A stretch of DNA of 64,000 nucleotides from Gammaproteobacteria bacterium (GCA_046566625.1 JBKHWK010000001.1:245-64244); one strand, 5' to 3'; positions 1-10,537 are shown, counted from the stretch's first letter. Program-made: numbers and translations. The notes: generated by a model not told the origin, from the letters alone.

Positions 1-899
1 GGGCCAATCTCCGTGCCGGCGACGAGATCGTCCTCACTGAAATGGAACATCACGCCAACATCGTGCCCTGGCAGATGGTGGCGGCGGCGACCGGCGCGCG
101 CATTCGCGTGGTGCCCGTGACCGACGCGGGCGAGCTGGATATGGAGGCGTTCCGCAATCTACTGGGCGAGCGCACTCGCCTGGTCGCGGTGACCCAGGTG
201 TCCAACACGCTGGGTACCATCAATCCGGTGGCGGAGATCGTACGTCTGGCCCATGCCGCCGGTGCGCTCGCGCTGATCGACGGCGCCCAGGCCGTGAGTC
301 ATTTCCCGGCGAACGTGCGCGCACTGGGCGCGGATTTTTATGTGTTCTCCGGACACAAGCTGTTTGGCCCCACTGGCATCGGTGTGCTCTACGCGCGGCG
401 TGAACTGCTCGACGCCATGCCGCCCTGGCAGGGCGGTGGTCAGATGATCGAGAAAGTCTCGTTCGCCGGCACCACCTATACGGAAGCGCCGTGGAAATTC
501 GAGGCCGGCACACCGAATATCGCCGGTGCGATCGGCATGGGCGCGGCCCTCGATTGGCTCGGAACCCTGGATCGCGGCGCAGCGCAGGCCCACGAAGACG
601 CACTGTTCGCTCGCCTGGACGCCGCGCTTGCCGCCATGCCGGGCGTGCGGCGGATCGGCACGGCAAAGTCGCGGGTGTCGGTTGCCTCGTTTTTGGTGGC
701 AGGTGCCCACCCCACGGATGTGGGCCATCTGCTCGATCAGCAGGGCATCGCGGTGCGCGCCGGCCACCATTGCACCATGCCGCTGATGGCGCGCCTGGGA
801 ATTCCCGGCACGGTGCGCGCGTCGGTCGCGTTCTACAACACGGCGGCCGAGATCGATCGCTTTGTTGCGGCGCTGGAAAAAGTAAAAACCTTTGTTTAG
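1..899 (+). CDS. sufS: Cysteine desulfurase, SufS/CsdA type (5' end outside window)
   Basis: Frame 3 is open from the window edge. It reads GDEIVLTEMEHHANIVPWQ, FSGHKLFGPTGIGVLY (PLP-lysine region) and RAGHHCTMPLM (active-site Cys loop). sufA/sufT/sufE-like genes follow. Confidence 0.85.
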   Translation, partial: ANLRAGDEIVLTEMEHHANIVPWQMVAAATGARIRVVPVTDAGELDMEAFRNLLGERTRLVAVTQVSNTLGTINPVAEIVRLAHAAGALALIDGAQAVSHFPANVRALGADFYVFSGHKLFGPTGIGVLYARRELLDAMPPWQGGGQMIEKVSFAGTTYTEAPWKFEAGTPNIAGAIGMGAALDWLGTLDRGAAQAHEDALFARLDAALAAMPGVRRIGTAKSRVSVASFLVAGAHPTDVGHLLDQQGIAVRAGHHCTMPLMARLGIPGTVRASVAFYNTAAEIDRFVAALEKVKTFV

Positions 900-923
900 C
901 AAGCTGCTATTGGAGAAGTCGCC

Positions 924-1283
924 ATGTCAGTCCAAACGTTTGAGCCGACCGCCGAGCACGCGGATGTGCGGATGACGCCGTCCGCCGCCGGTCATGTGCG
1001 CCGCCAGCTCGACCGCGCCGGCGCCCATGCGGTGCGCGTCAGCGTCAACCGCAGCGGCTGCTCCGGCTACATGTATCAGATCGACTATGTCACCGAGCCG
1101 CGCGCGGAAGATCGCGAATACAAAGTCGCCGAGAATCTTTCCGTGTTTGTCGATACCGAGGCGCTGCCCCTGGTGCAGGGCACCGAGATCGATCTGGTCG
1201 TCGAAGGTCTGAATTCCACCCTCAAATTCCGCAACCCCAATGCGCAGATGGAATGCGGCTGCGGCGAATCGTTCGGAGTCTGA
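924..1283 (+). CDS. sufA: A-type Fe-S cluster carrier (HesB/IscA/SufA family)
   Basis: 119 aa. Has Cys in RSGCSGY and the C-terminal CGCGESF motif typical of A-type carriers. Sits inside a suf context. Confidence 0.75.
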   Translation: MSVQTFEPTAEHADVRMTPSAAGHVRRQLDRAGAHAVRVSVNRSGCSGYMYQIDYVTEPRAEDREYKVAENLSVFVDTEALPLVQGTEIDLVVEGLNSTLKFRNPNAQMECGCGESFGV

Positions 1284-1286
1284 CGG

Positions 1287-1811
1287 ATGGAACGCCGCAT
1301 GGTGGTAGTGCAGCGGGACTGTCCCGCGCGGCTGGTGCCTGCGGGTACCCGCATCACCATTCCCAAGGACACCTTCGTCGGCATCACCCAGGCGCTCGGC
1401 GGCAGCTACACGGTGAATGTGGGCGGCAACCTAGCGCGGGTGGATGGCACCGATGCCGACGCGCTCGGGCTGGAAGCAGTCGAGTTCACGTTTGCGCCGA
1501 GCGATTCCGATCAGGTGAGCGAAGACAATGTGTGGGAAGCGTTGCGCTCGATCTACGATCCGGAGATTCCGGTCAACATCGTCGATCTCGGTTTGATCTA
1601 CGCCTGCACCCTGTCTGGCAACCGCGTCGACATCACCATGACATTGACCGCGCCGGGCTGTGGCATGGGGCCGGTACTGGTGGACGATGTCAAATATCGC
1701 GTCGGCAAGGTTCCCAATGTGAAGCAGGTGGAAGTGGCGCTGGTGTTCGACCCGCCCTGGAGCCGCGCGCACATGTCGGAAGCGGCGCAACTGGAACTGG
1801 GCGTCTACTGA
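1287..1811 (+). CDS. sufT: SufT-like Fe-S assembly protein (DUF59/MIP18 domain)
   Basis: 174 aa. DUF59 signature YDPEIPVNIVDLGLIY and TLTAPGCGMG. Its stop overlaps the sufE start (ATGA at 1809-1813). Confidence 0.7.
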   Translation: MERRMVVVQRDCPARLVPAGTRITIPKDTFVGITQALGGSYTVNVGGNLARVDGTDADALGLEAVEFTFAPSDSDQVSEDNVWEALRSIYDPEIPVNIVDLGLIYACTLSGNRVDITMTLTAPGCGMGPVLVDDVKYRVGKVPNVKQVEVALVFDPPWSRAHMSEAAQLELGVY

Positions 1812-2278
1812 TGGACGGCGGGGTCGATTACACCGCCGTGTTCGAGCAGGTGCCCTTCGGCCGCACCATCGACGCCGAGGAAATCGCCGAATCGCTCGCC
1901 TTCTTCGACGACTGGGAAGACCGCTACCGCTACCTCATCGATCTCGGCAAGGAATTGCCGCCGATGCCGGAAGACCTCAAAACCGACGATCGCTACATCC
2001 ACGGCTGCCAGAGCCAGGTGTGGATCGAGCACCGCCTCGACCCCGCCACGGGAACACTGCAATTCATCGTGGATTCCGACGCCCTGATCGTCCGCGGCCT
2101 CGCGGCCATCGTCCTCGCCGCCTTCAACAACCGCACCCCCGCCGAAATCCGCGCCTTCGACATCGAAGCCTTTTTCGCGCGCATCGACCTGCTGCGCCAT
2201 ATCTCGCCCACCCGGGGCAACGGGCTGCGGGCGATGGTGGGGAAAATCCGAAAACTCGCGGAAGTCGCAGCGGGTTAA
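1811..2278 (+). CDS. sufE: Cysteine desulfuration protein SufE
   Basis: This is the C-terminal 155 aa of track ORF 1253..2278. It begins MDGGVDYTAVFEQ and contains WEDRYRYLIDLGKELP and HGCQSQVWIE (SufE active-site Cys). The upstream part of that ORF overlaps sufT in another frame. Confidence 0.85.
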   Translation: MDGGVDYTAVFEQVPFGRTIDAEEIAESLAFFDDWEDRYRYLIDLGKELPPMPEDLKTDDRYIHGCQSQVWIEHRLDPATGTLQFIVDSDALIVRGLAAIVLAAFNNRTPAEIRAFDIEAFFARIDLLRHISPTRGNGLRAMVGKIRKLAEVAAG

Positions 2279-2395
2279 AGGGTCGGGCAGGATGGGTTTC
2301 TCAACGCTTCCTTAGCCCGCAAGGGCATAACCCGACGACTTGATTTCACTTGAGCGGGAGCGACGACACACACCTTTTGCAGAGGTGTGACAAGC

Positions 2396-3193
2396 TCACT
2401 GCAGCAGAAAATCGTTCACCATGAACATCAGAATTTCAACGGCGATCAGCCAGATGATGATCCATTCCAGCGTGGCAGAGTGCTTGTGTTTTTGCTCATC
2501 TGCCAGCATCTCAAACAGTTCGTGCACGGTTTCGAGCCGGATAGACAGCACTTGGGTGCGGTTGCGGATTTCCAGATAGTTCGCCGCATGCTGGTAGACC
2601 GGTTCCAGCTCCGGGTATTCCCAGAAAAATTCCGGTGTGTCCAGCAGGTCGTAGCGCATGATGATGTCGCTTTTGGTGAGGAACAGGCGGCCACGAATTT
2701 TTGCCAGTTCGCGGCGGGAGAGGTTGGTCTTGCCGGTTTCCGCCAGCGTGCGCGGAATCTGCGCGGTGGATCGCATGGTGCGCGCCACCAGCACCTCGAA
2801 TGTCGACAGTTTGATCGATTGCGCCAGCGCATGGGAGACAGCCAGCAGATGCAGCGGGCTGGTGTCAGTCAGATAGAAATGGTCGCGCTGAATACGAAAC
2901 TGCTCGGAACTGGAAGAAAACTGGAAGCGCTCGGTTTCCGCTTCGGCGTAGGGATTGGTGTGGTATTTCTGCAAACGCTTCAGCAGGGCTTCCCGCTCAT
3001 CGCTGGACCACTGCCAGGTAATCACCACGCCATAGGCAAACACGAAGGCAAAGCCTTCGTCCCGCTCGATATGCAGCGTATCGCGGAACAGGGTGGCACG
3101 CTCTGCTTCCATCAGGTCGCGGCTCAGCTCACTGAACTGAAAGCTCTCGGCGACCGCGATGGCAAAACACTCATGGGGCGCGGCGGATGTCAT
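2396..3193 (-). CDS. RMD1/DUF155 family protein with C-terminal TM helix
   Basis: 265 aa. Family resemblance to DUF155 (RMD1/Sif2-like) proteins from memory. Hydrophobic C-terminus WIIIWLIAVEILMFMV. Confidence 0.55.
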   Translation of the reverse strand: MTSAAPHECFAIAVAESFQFSELSRDLMEAERATLFRDTLHIERDEGFAFVFAYGVVITWQWSSDEREALLKRLQKYHTNPYAEAETERFQFSSSSEQFRIQRDHFYLTDTSPLHLLAVSHALAQSIKLSTFEVLVARTMRSTAQIPRTLAETGKTNLSRRELAKIRGRLFLTKSDIIMRYDLLDTPEFFWEYPELEPVYQHAANYLEIRNRTQVLSIRLETVHELFEMLADEQKHKHSATLEWIIIWLIAVEILMFMVNDFLLQ

Positions 3194-3504
3194 GACGGAT
3201 CACCTGACGCTGTCACCAGCATCAGCTTGATGCAGTGGGTGGCGTGGGGAGTGGCTGCTGCGTGCAATGCAACAGCGACTGTCATCATGATATTGCCGAA
3301 ACTGATCAAATCGTCCATCAGAATTGTGTGCCTGTGCTGATGATCTTAAGCAGCTGGGTATTGGCCGGTTGGGAAGTTCCTACAATAAACGCGGGGATCA
3401 GGGCTACGAGGCCGAAACGTCCCTTCATGGGGTAGCGATGGTTCAATTGCGGTGAGTGCTGCCCTTCGAAACACGATAGCGAATTTGAGTTTTCGCCCAA
3501 TTCA

Positions 3505-5217
3505 TCATTTGAGCCCCATGGCTGCCTTGACCTGCGGCTTGAGAATCTTGCCGTTGGCATTGCGCGGCAGGGGTTCGTCCACGATGTCGATGCGCTCCGG
3601 CACCTTGAAGGCCGCGATTCGCTCGGCGACGTGGGCGCGCAGGGCGGCGGCGTTTGCGGTAGCGCCCGCGCGCAACTGCACCATGGCCCCCACGCGCTCG
3701 CCGAGGATGGGGTCAGGCATGCCCACCACCGCCACATCCAGCACATCCGGGTGGGTGTGCAGTGCGTTTTCGACTTCGATGCAGTAGATGTTCTCGCCGC
3801 CGCGCAGCAGCATGTCCTTGGCGCGATCGACCACGAACAGCGAGCCTTCGCCATCCACATAACCCAGATCGCCGGTGCGTAACCAGTCATCCACCAGCGC
3901 CTTGGCGGTAGCTTCGGGATTGCGCCAATAGCCCTTGAATACCTGTGGGCCGCGGATCCAGATTTCGCCGGTCTCACCCATCGGTAGTTCCGCGCTGCCA
4001 TCCCGGTCCATGATCCGGATCTGCGATACCGGTGCCGGTACGCCCGCGCTGGCGGGCTTGGCCAGATAGTCCTCGGCCACATTCACCGTGGCGACGCCGG
4101 AAGTTTCGGTGAGGCCATAGCCGTTGCTGGCCGATGCATTCGGGAACACGCTCTTGATGCGGCGCGCGAGTTCCGGCGATGGTGGCGCGCCCCCGAACAG
4201 CACGGCCATCACCGAGGAGGTGTCGTGCTGCCTGAAGATAGGTGATTCGATCACCTGCAGCGGCATCGATGGCACGCCGCCAAAGGAGTTCAGCCGCTCG
4301 CGCTCGATCAGCCGGATCGCGTCTTCCGGATTCCAGCGATGCATGAACACCAGCTTCGAACCCTGGAGGGAGCTGCCGATCAACATGGCGATCGAACCCG
4401 TGACATGAAACAGCGGTACGCTGATGAGCTGGCCCATCTGCTGTACCGGCGGCTGGGGTGTGCGGCCGTAGCGGAATTCGGTGCGCGCGCGCAGATAGAC
4501 GCCGGTGACCTGATTCGAGCAGATGTTGCGGTGGGTGAGCAGGGCGCCCTTGGGTTTCCCGGTGGTGCCCGAGGTGTAGTAGATCGCGGCGTCGTCCTCG
4601 GGATCCAGTGTGCAGGGCGGCAGTTCTGTGGGATAGGGTTCGGCGAGCACGTCGTGCCAGGCGTGAACCGACGCTGGCAGCGCGTCGGGACCGCGCACGA
4701 CGACGGTGGCGGCGAGGTCCGTCAGCCCGGACAGATGGGGTTCGAGGCTCGCCAGACGTTCGGCGTCCACTACCAGCAGGCGGCTGCCCGAGTCGGCCAG
4801 CGCATAGGCGAGTTCGCCGCCGGTCAGCCAGGCGTTGAGCGGTACGATGACAGCGCCGATCGCCACGCTGGCCCAGAACACCATCGGCCATTCGGGATAG
4901 TTGCGCATCGCCAGCGCCACGCGATCGCCTTTGCGGATGCCGAAGCCGGTCGTCATGGCGTGGGCGAACGCGGCAACCTGGCGGTGGTGCTCGGCGTAGG
5001 TATGGCGCTCACCTTCGTACACCAGATAATCGCGTTCCGCGAACTGCGCCGTGTGCGCAAACACCGCGCGCAGATGCGGAAAGCTCTGGCGCCAGCACGG
5101 GGTATCGATGCCCCGGATGCGAAGCGTCTCCACGGCAAACGGTGAATCGGGCGCTGTCGTCAGCCGCTGATCCAGCAACGGATAGGGGATGGGGGTAGCG
5201 GCTGCGGTCTCGTTCAT
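3505..5217 (-). CDS. AMP-dependent acyl-CoA synthetase/ligase (fatty-acid-CoA ligase family)
   Basis: 570 aa. AMP-binding motif YYTSGTTGKPKGA, plus GYGLTETS and a C-terminal NANGKILK. Confidence 0.85.
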   Translation of the reverse strand: MNETAAATPIPYPLLDQRLTTAPDSPFAVETLRIRGIDTPCWRQSFPHLRAVFAHTAQFAERDYLVYEGERHTYAEHHRQVAAFAHAMTTGFGIRKGDRVALAMRNYPEWPMVFWASVAIGAVIVPLNAWLTGGELAYALADSGSRLLVVDAERLASLEPHLSGLTDLAATVVVRGPDALPASVHAWHDVLAEPYPTELPPCTLDPEDDAAIYYTSGTTGKPKGALLTHRNICSNQVTGVYLRARTEFRYGRTPQPPVQQMGQLISVPLFHVTGSIAMLIGSSLQGSKLVFMHRWNPEDAIRLIERERLNSFGGVPSMPLQVIESPIFRQHDTSSVMAVLFGGAPPSPELARRIKSVFPNASASNGYGLTETSGVATVNVAEDYLAKPASAGVPAPVSQIRIMDRDGSAELPMGETGEIWIRGPQVFKGYWRNPEATAKALVDDWLRTGDLGYVDGEGSLFVVDRAKDMLLRGGENIYCIEVENALHTHPDVLDVAVVGMPDPILGERVGAMVQLRAGATANAAALRAHVAERIAAFKVPERIDIVDEPLPRNANGKILKPQVKAAMGLK

Positions 5218-5306
5218 GGGGGCGTCTCGTGCAGATCGACAGGATTTTCCTCAAGAGTAACCGGTATCGTTGACGAATTGGACCCTGGCGCCGCGCCGCC
5301 CTGGGC

Positions 5307-8078
5307 TCAGGGCAGCGCAGCGATCCGCTCGCGTTGCGTGGATAGTCGGCTCAGGGCGTCGGCTGCCGCCGCCGCCTTCTCGCGCTCCTGGGCCACCACG
5401 TCCGGCGGCGCATTGGCGACAAAGCTGGCGTTGCCGAGTTTGCCGTTCAACCGCTGGATCTCCTGCGTGCTTTTGGCGATTTCGCGGTCGAGCCTTGCGA
5501 GTTCCGCGTCCTTGTCGATCAAACCGGCCAGCGGCACATGGAGTTCCATGGCGCCGGCGAGCACCGTTGCCGCTGCCGGAGGTTCGTCGCCCGGCTCCAG
5601 CCAGACCATGTCGTCGAGATTGGCGAGCCGCGCCAGATAGCTGCGATTGGCGTCCAGCCGGACATGGTCGGCGGACTCACCGTGGCGGAAATAGAGCGGC
5701 AGTTTGCGTCCCGGCGCGATGTTCATTTCGCCGCGAATGGTGCGCACGCCGAGAATCACCTGCTGGATCCAGGCGATGTCTGCCTCCGCCTCCGCGTCGA
5801 TGCGGTCCGTCCGTGGCACCGGGTAGGCTTGCAGCATGATGGTGTCGCCGGCCTTGCCTGCGAGTGTTTTCACCCGCTGCCAGATTTCCTCGGTGATGAA
5901 TGGCATGAACGGGTGGGCGAGACGCAGCGTTGTTTCGAGCACTCGCACCAGCGTGCGGCGGGTGCCGGTTTTCAGGGCCTGGGGTGCGGCCTCGTCCCAG
6001 AGCACGGGTTTGGAGAGCTCCAGATACCAGTCGCAATAGTCGGACCAGACAAACTCGTAGAGCGCCTGCGAGGCGAGATCGAAACGGAAGCTGTCGAGCG
6101 GAGCGATCACCGCCTGCTCGGCGCGCTGCAGGCGGCTGATGATCCAGCGGTCCGCGCGGGACAGTTCGTAGTTTTCGTGCCCGTCCTGGGCGCAGTCCTC
6201 GCCTTCGGTGTTCATCAGCACATAGCGGGTCGCGTTCCAGATCTTGTTGCAGAAGTTGCGGAAGCCTTCGATGCGACCGACGTCGAAGCGGACGTCGCGC
6301 CCGGTGCTGGCGAGCGAGTAATAGGTGTAGCGCAGGGCATCGGTGCCGTGCGCGGCGATGCCGTCCGGAAATTCCTTGCGCGTCTGGCGGGCGATTTTCT
6401 CCGCATCCTTGGGACGCATCAGACCGCTGGTACGTTTGGCCACCAGTTCTTCCAGACCGATGCCGTCGATGAGATCGATGGGGTCCAGCACATTGCCCTT
6501 GGATTTCGACATCTTCTGGCCCTGGCCGTCGCGCACCAGGCCGTGGACGTAGATGGTGTGGAAGGGCACCTCATCGGTGAACTCCAGGGTCAGCATGATC
6601 ATGCGGGCGACCCAGAAGAAGATGATGTCGAAGCCGGTGACCAGCACGTCGGTGGGATGAAACTTCGCAAGTTCCGCAGTTGGCTCCGGCCAGCCGAGGG
6701 TGCCGAAGGTCCACAGCCCGGAGGAGAACCAGGTGTCGAGTACGTCCTCGTCCTGGCGCAAGGGCACTGCGGCATCGATGCCGTGCTGCGCGCGCACCTC
6801 GGCTTCCGAACGGCCCACAAAGACCTTGCCTGCGGGATCGTACCAGGCCGGAATCCGGTGCCCCCACCACAGCTGGCGGCTGATGCACCAGTCCTGAATG
6901 TCGCGCATCCAAGAGAAATACATGTTCTCGTACTGCTTTGGCACGAAGCGGATGGCGCCGCTTTCGATCGCGTCGATGGCGCGCGGCGCCAGTTGTTTGG
7001 CGTCCACATACCACTGCTCGGTGAGCCAGGGTTCGATCACCACGCCCGAGCGATCGCCGCGCGGCACCTTGAGGCGGTGGTCCTCGATTTTCTCCACTAG
7101 CCCCAGGGCGTCGAGGTCGGCCACCACGCGCTGGCGGGCTTCGAAGCGGTCGAGGCCCCGATAGGCGGGTGGGACGTTGCCGTTCAGACGCGCATCGGCT
7201 TCCAGGATATTGATCAGGGGCAGTTGGTGACGCAGGCCCAGGGCATGGTCATTGAAGTCATGGGCGGGGGTGATCTTTACACAGCCGCTGCCGAAGGCCG
7301 GGTCTACATAGTCGTCTGCGATGATCGGAATTTCCCGATCCACCAGCGGCAGCAGGATGCTTTTGCCCACCAGGTGGCGATAGCGTTCGTCTTCCGGATG
7401 CACGGCGACCGCCGTATCGCCCAGCATGGTCTCGGGGCGGGTGGTGGCGACGGTGAGGTGGCCGGAACCGTCCGCCAGCGGGTAACGGAAGTGCCAGAGG
7501 TGGCCGGCTTCCTCTTCGCTCACCACTTCGAGATCGGAGATCGCGGTGTGCAATTGCGGGTCCCAGTTCACCAGGCGCTGACCGCGGTAGATCAGACCTT
7601 TCTCGTGCAGGCGCACAAAGGCTTCGCGCACCGCGCGCGAGAAGCCCTCGTCCATGGTGAAGCGTTCCCGCGACCAGTCGGTGGAGGCGCCCAGGCGCCG
7701 CAACTGGCGGGTGATGGTGCCGCCGGATTCCGCCTTCCAACGCCACACGCGGTCGATGAAGGCATCCCGGCCCAGATCGTGGCGACTAAGGCCCTCGGCT
7801 TCGAGTTGCCGCTCCACCACCATCTGGGTAGCGATGCCGGCGTGGTCGGTGCCTACCTGCCACAAGGTGTTGCGGCCCTGCATGCGGCGCAAGCGGATCA
7901 GGGCGTCCATGATGGCGTCCTGAAAACCGTGGCCCATGTGCAGGCTGCCGGTGACATTGGGTGGCGGGATCATGATGCAGTAGGGCGCGCCCGTGCCTTG
8001 CGGCTGGAAGTGGCTCTGTTGTTCCCAGAGCTGATACCAGTGTTGCTCGATGGCGCCGGGCTGATAAGTCTTGTCCAT
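5307..8078 (-). CDS. valS: Valine--tRNA ligase
   Basis: Class I aaRS motifs [13 protein letters not shown] (HIGH) and KMSKSKGN (KMSKS), with a C-terminal coiled coil. Start moved to [15 protein letters not shown] (Met16 of the track ORF). Confidence 0.95.
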   Translation of the reverse strand: MDKTYQPGAIEQHWYQLWEQQSHFQPQGTGAPYCIMIPPPNVTGSLHMGHGFQDAIMDALIRLRRMQGRNTLWQVGTDHAGIATQMVVERQLEAEGLSRHDLGRDAFIDRVWRWKAESGGTITRQLRRLGASTDWSRERFTMDEGFSRAVREAFVRLHEKGLIYRGQRLVNWDPQLHTAISDLEVVSEEEAGHLWHFRYPLADGSGHLTVATTRPETMLGDTAVAVHPEDERYRHLVGKSILLPLVDREIPIIADDYVDPAFGSGCVKITPAHDFNDHALGLRHQLPLINILEADARLNGNVPPAYRGLDRFEARQRVVADLDALGLVEKIEDHRLKVPRGDRSGVVIEPWLTEQWYVDAKQLAPRAIDAIESGAIRFVPKQYENMYFSWMRDIQDWCISRQLWWGHRIPAWYDPAGKVFVGRSEAEVRAQHGIDAAVPLRQDEDVLDTWFSSGLWTFGTLGWPEPTAELAKFHPTDVLVTGFDIIFFWVARMIMLTLEFTDEVPFHTIYVHGLVRDGQGQKMSKSKGNVLDPIDLIDGIGLEELVAKRTSGLMRPKDAEKIARQTRKEFPDGIAAHGTDALRYTYYSLASTGRDVRFDVGRIEGFRNFCNKIWNATRYVLMNTEGEDCAQDGHENYELSRADRWIISRLQRAEQAVIAPLDSFRFDLASQALYEFVWSDYCDWYLELSKPVLWDEAAPQALKTGTRRTLVRVLETTLRLAHPFMPFITEEIWQRVKTLAGKAGDTIMLQAYPVPRTDRIDAEAEADIAWIQQVILGVRTIRGEMNIAPGRKLPLYFRHGESADHVRLDANRSYLARLANLDDMVWLEPGDEPPAAATVLAGAMELHVPLAGLIDKDAELARLDREIAKSTQEIQRLNGKLGNASFVANAPPDVVAQEREKAAAAADALSRLSTQRERIAALP

Positions 8079-8247
8079 AACGCGGGATGGTTCTCGTGGT
8101 GGCGGGTGGCGCAGGGCCGGCAAGTTGAATTTCAGACATCAAGATCGGTAGTTGACGCTGAGTAGCCGAGACCGTCAACTTGCGGTTGAGAGTCGAGGCC
8201 GGGAACTGAGACTGAGCGTTGAAACCGAGAATTGAAACTGAGCATCG

Positions 8248-8285
8248 AGGTAGAGAATTCAGGTAGAGAATTCAGGTAGAGAATT
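8248..8285. repeat. 13-bp tandem repeat AGGTAGAGAATTC, about 2.9 copies
   Basis: Read directly: units at 8248-8260 and 8261-8273, partial unit at 8274-8285. Each full unit carries a GAATTC site. Low-GC and lies upstream of valS. Confidence 0.9.
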
Positions 8286-8484
8286 ATAGGGGTTGGTCGG
8301 GCTCCGGATCGTCGGGTGGCAATGACGTTTCGGTGGGCGGTGGTGCGGGCGGTTCCAGGACCTCGGTGACAACGGGTATTCCCACCACCTCGGTGAGAAT
8401 GGGTATTTCCAGCACCGAAAAATCGACTTGCGCCGGATCCGGCGCAGGATCGTCTTCCGAATCGTCCGGTTTGCGCCCGTTCAT
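8284..8484 (-). CDS. Hypothetical small acidic proline-rich protein (66 aa)
   Basis: The ATG overlaps the holC stop (ATGA at 8484-8481), which suggests translational coupling. No family recognised; low-complexity D/E/P-rich sequence. Confidence 0.4.
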   Translation of the reverse strand: MNGRKPDDSEDDPAPDPAQVDFSVLEIPILTEVVGIPVVTEVLEPPAPPPTETSLPPDDPEPDQPL

Positions 8485-8924
8485 GACGCCAGGGCGCGCG
8501 CCGGCGCACCGAGTTTGTGGTGCTCAATCGCGTAGCCGCGATCGCGGTAGAAACGATAGCGCTCGCGCATCTGTTCCCGCTGCAGCGGATTTTCGGCGTC
8601 GACGAATTCCGCCAGGCGCTCGAAGCGGCTGAACCAGTCCGGCGCCCCCACGGCCAGGTTGATCAGCAGGCCGTGGTGATGGCCCGGATCGCCGCCCTGG
8701 TTCAGGGTTACGGGCGTGGCCGGATCGGGCGCGCGGCCATGGGGGATGAAAGCGGTGGGGGCGTGGCTCCAGAGTAGGACGTCGAGCTGCTCGATGGCAG
8801 CGGCATCGGGGCAGTGGATGAGGGTGTCGAGGCCTTGCGCCATCGCCTTGGCAGCCAGCTGGCAGCACAGGCCGAGCTGGGCATCGGTGCCGCCGGCGAT
8901 CTCGTAGAAGCTGATCCGGGTCAC
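8481..8924 (-). CDS. holC: DNA polymerase III subunit chi
   Basis: 147 aa from the GTG at 8924, which overlaps the pepA stop (GTGA). Chi-like N-terminus VTRISFYEI and the conserved pepA-holC-valS synteny. Confidence 0.85.
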   Translation of the reverse strand: MTRISFYEIAGGTDAQLGLCCQLAAKAMAQGLDTLIHCPDAAAIEQLDVLLWSHAPTAFIPHGRAPDPATPVTLNQGGDPGHHHGLLINLAVGAPDWFSRFERLAEFVDAENPLQREQMRERYRFYRDRGYAIEHHKLGAPARALAS

Positions 8925-10423
8925 GCCTGCCTCGCGGCGCCGATACGGCCGAGCAGGTATTCCATCAACAGCGGGATGGGGCGGCCGGTGGCGCCTTTCG
9001 GGCCCGAGTTCCAAGCGGTGCCGGCGATATCCAGGTGCGCCCAGGTGTAGTCCTTGGTGAAACGCGCCAGAAAGCAGCCGGCGGTGATGCTGCCGGCTTC
9101 GGGTCCGCCGATGTTGGCCATGTCCGCGAAGTTGCTCTTGAGTTGCTCGTCGTACTCTTGCCACAGCGGCAGCCGCCAGGCGCGGTCGCCGGAGGCCTCA
9201 CCCGCTGCCAGCAGCTCCGCCGCCAGGGTGTCGTTGGGGCTGAACAGGCCGCTCGCCTGCTTGCCGAGCGCCACTACACAGGCGCCGGTGAGGGTGGCGA
9301 TGTCGATCACCACCGCCGGCTTGTAGCGGGCCGCGTAGGTGAGGGCGTCGCACAGGATCAGCCGGCCTTCGGCGTCGGTGTTGAGAATTTCGATGGTCTT
9401 GCCCGACATGGACGTGATCACGTCCCCGGGTTTGGTGGCGGCGCCACTGGGCAGGTTTTCCACCGCGGGAATGAGGCACACCAGGTGCAGGGGCAGGGCG
9501 GCGGCCGCCACCGCTTCCATGACGCCGAGGACGCTCGCGGCACCGCACATGTCGTACTTCATTTCGTCCATCTTGGCGCCGGGCTTGAGGCTGATGCCGC
9601 CGGAATCGAAGGTCACGCCCTTGCCCACCAGTACCACCGGCGCCTGCGCAGCCGCACCGCGATATTCGAGCGCGATCAGGTACGCCGGCTGCACGGTGCC
9701 CGCGGTGACGGAAAGCAGCGCGCCCATTTTCAGTTTGGTCATCTGCTTTTCGTCGAGCACCCGGACGCTGACGCCGGGATGGCGTTTGCCCAGTTCGCGG
9801 GCCTGTTCGGCCAGGTAGCCGGGAGTGCACACATTGCCGGGCAGGTCGCCTAGGCGGCGCGCGCTGTTGATGCCCTTGCCGATGGCGGCGCCGAGTTCAA
9901 GCCCTGCGGTGAGCGCACGCACCTGACTGCGTTCCTCGCACACCAGGGTGAGCCGCGCGAGTTTTCCGCGTTTGCCGTTGTCATCGACGGGTCGAAATTT
10001 GTAACCCGCCTCGCAAAACAGGCGGGCCGTCTGGCGCCCGAACGCAGTCGGCTCCCGCTCGCCCCGCAGATCCGCCACCAGCAAGGCAGCGCTCTTGGCC
10101 GGCGTGCCCAGCACGGCGCGGGCGGCAGCCGTGATCAGCGTGAGAACTGCGCGGGGCATGAGAGGTTCTTTGCCGGTACCGATCAGCAACAACCGCTCTG
10201 CCGTCAGCCCCGTGGGCCGATGCAGCAGCAGCGTTGCACCCAGGGAGCCGGCAAAGTCGCCGGTCTCCACCAGCGCCCTGATCTGGCCGCCCGTGGCGGC
10301 ATCGATCGCGGCGGCGGCAGCCGGTAGCGGCAGCTTGCCCGGTACCGGGACGATGAGGCAGTCGGTTTTGAACGCGATGGCGCTGCCCGCGCGGACGCTG
10401 AATTCCAGGGCGAGGTCTGGCAC
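8921..10423 (-). CDS. pepA: Leucyl aminopeptidase (M17)
   Basis: 500 aa. M17 motifs VGKGVTFDSGGISLKP and NTDAEGRLILCDAL. Confidence 0.95.
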   Translation of the reverse strand: MPDLALEFSVRAGSAIAFKTDCLIVPVPGKLPLPAAAAAIDAATGGQIRALVETGDFAGSLGATLLLHRPTGLTAERLLLIGTGKEPLMPRAVLTLITAAARAVLGTPAKSAALLVADLRGEREPTAFGRQTARLFCEAGYKFRPVDDNGKRGKLARLTLVCEERSQVRALTAGLELGAAIGKGINSARRLGDLPGNVCTPGYLAEQARELGKRHPGVSVRVLDEKQMTKLKMGALLSVTAGTVQPAYLIALEYRGAAAQAPVVLVGKGVTFDSGGISLKPGAKMDEMKYDMCGAASVLGVMEAVAAAALPLHLVCLIPAVENLPSGAATKPGDVITSMSGKTIEILNTDAEGRLILCDALTYAARYKPAVVIDIATLTGACVVALGKQASGLFSPNDTLAAELLAAGEASGDRAWRLPLWQEYDEQLKSNFADMANIGGPEAGSITAGCFLARFTKDYTWAHLDIAGTAWNSGPKGATGRPIPLLMEYLLGRIGAARQA

Positions 10424-10537
10424 GGGGGCTCCAGAGACAAGTGCGAATGAATGCCGGATAATCGAACGACAGTGTAAGCCATGCCTCCGACGGCACCAAC
10501 CGACCCTGTCCTCCGACGAGAGCCCGCCCCGCTACCC

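Noticed and set aside
1253-1810. N-terminal 186 codons of track ORF 1253..2278 (341 aa).
   Set aside because: This part overlaps sufT in a different frame and is Arg/Gly-rich nonsense. Only the part from the ATG at 1811 matches SufE.
2363-2390. Hairpin CACACCT-TTTGCAG-AGGTGTG between the convergent sufE and RMD1-family genes, considered as a terminator.
   Set aside because: It has a 7-bp stem but no flanking T- or A-tract on either strand, which is too weak to call.
3318-3428. Possible 36-aa hydrophobic peptide MKGRFGLVALIPAFIVGTSQPANTQLLKIISTGTQF on the minus strand, in the spacer downstream of the acyl-CoA synthetase gene and upstream of the RMD1-family gene (both minus strand).
   Set aside because: No convincing RBS and no recognisable family, and the evidence is a single short ORF. 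It cannot be supported without conservation or expression data.
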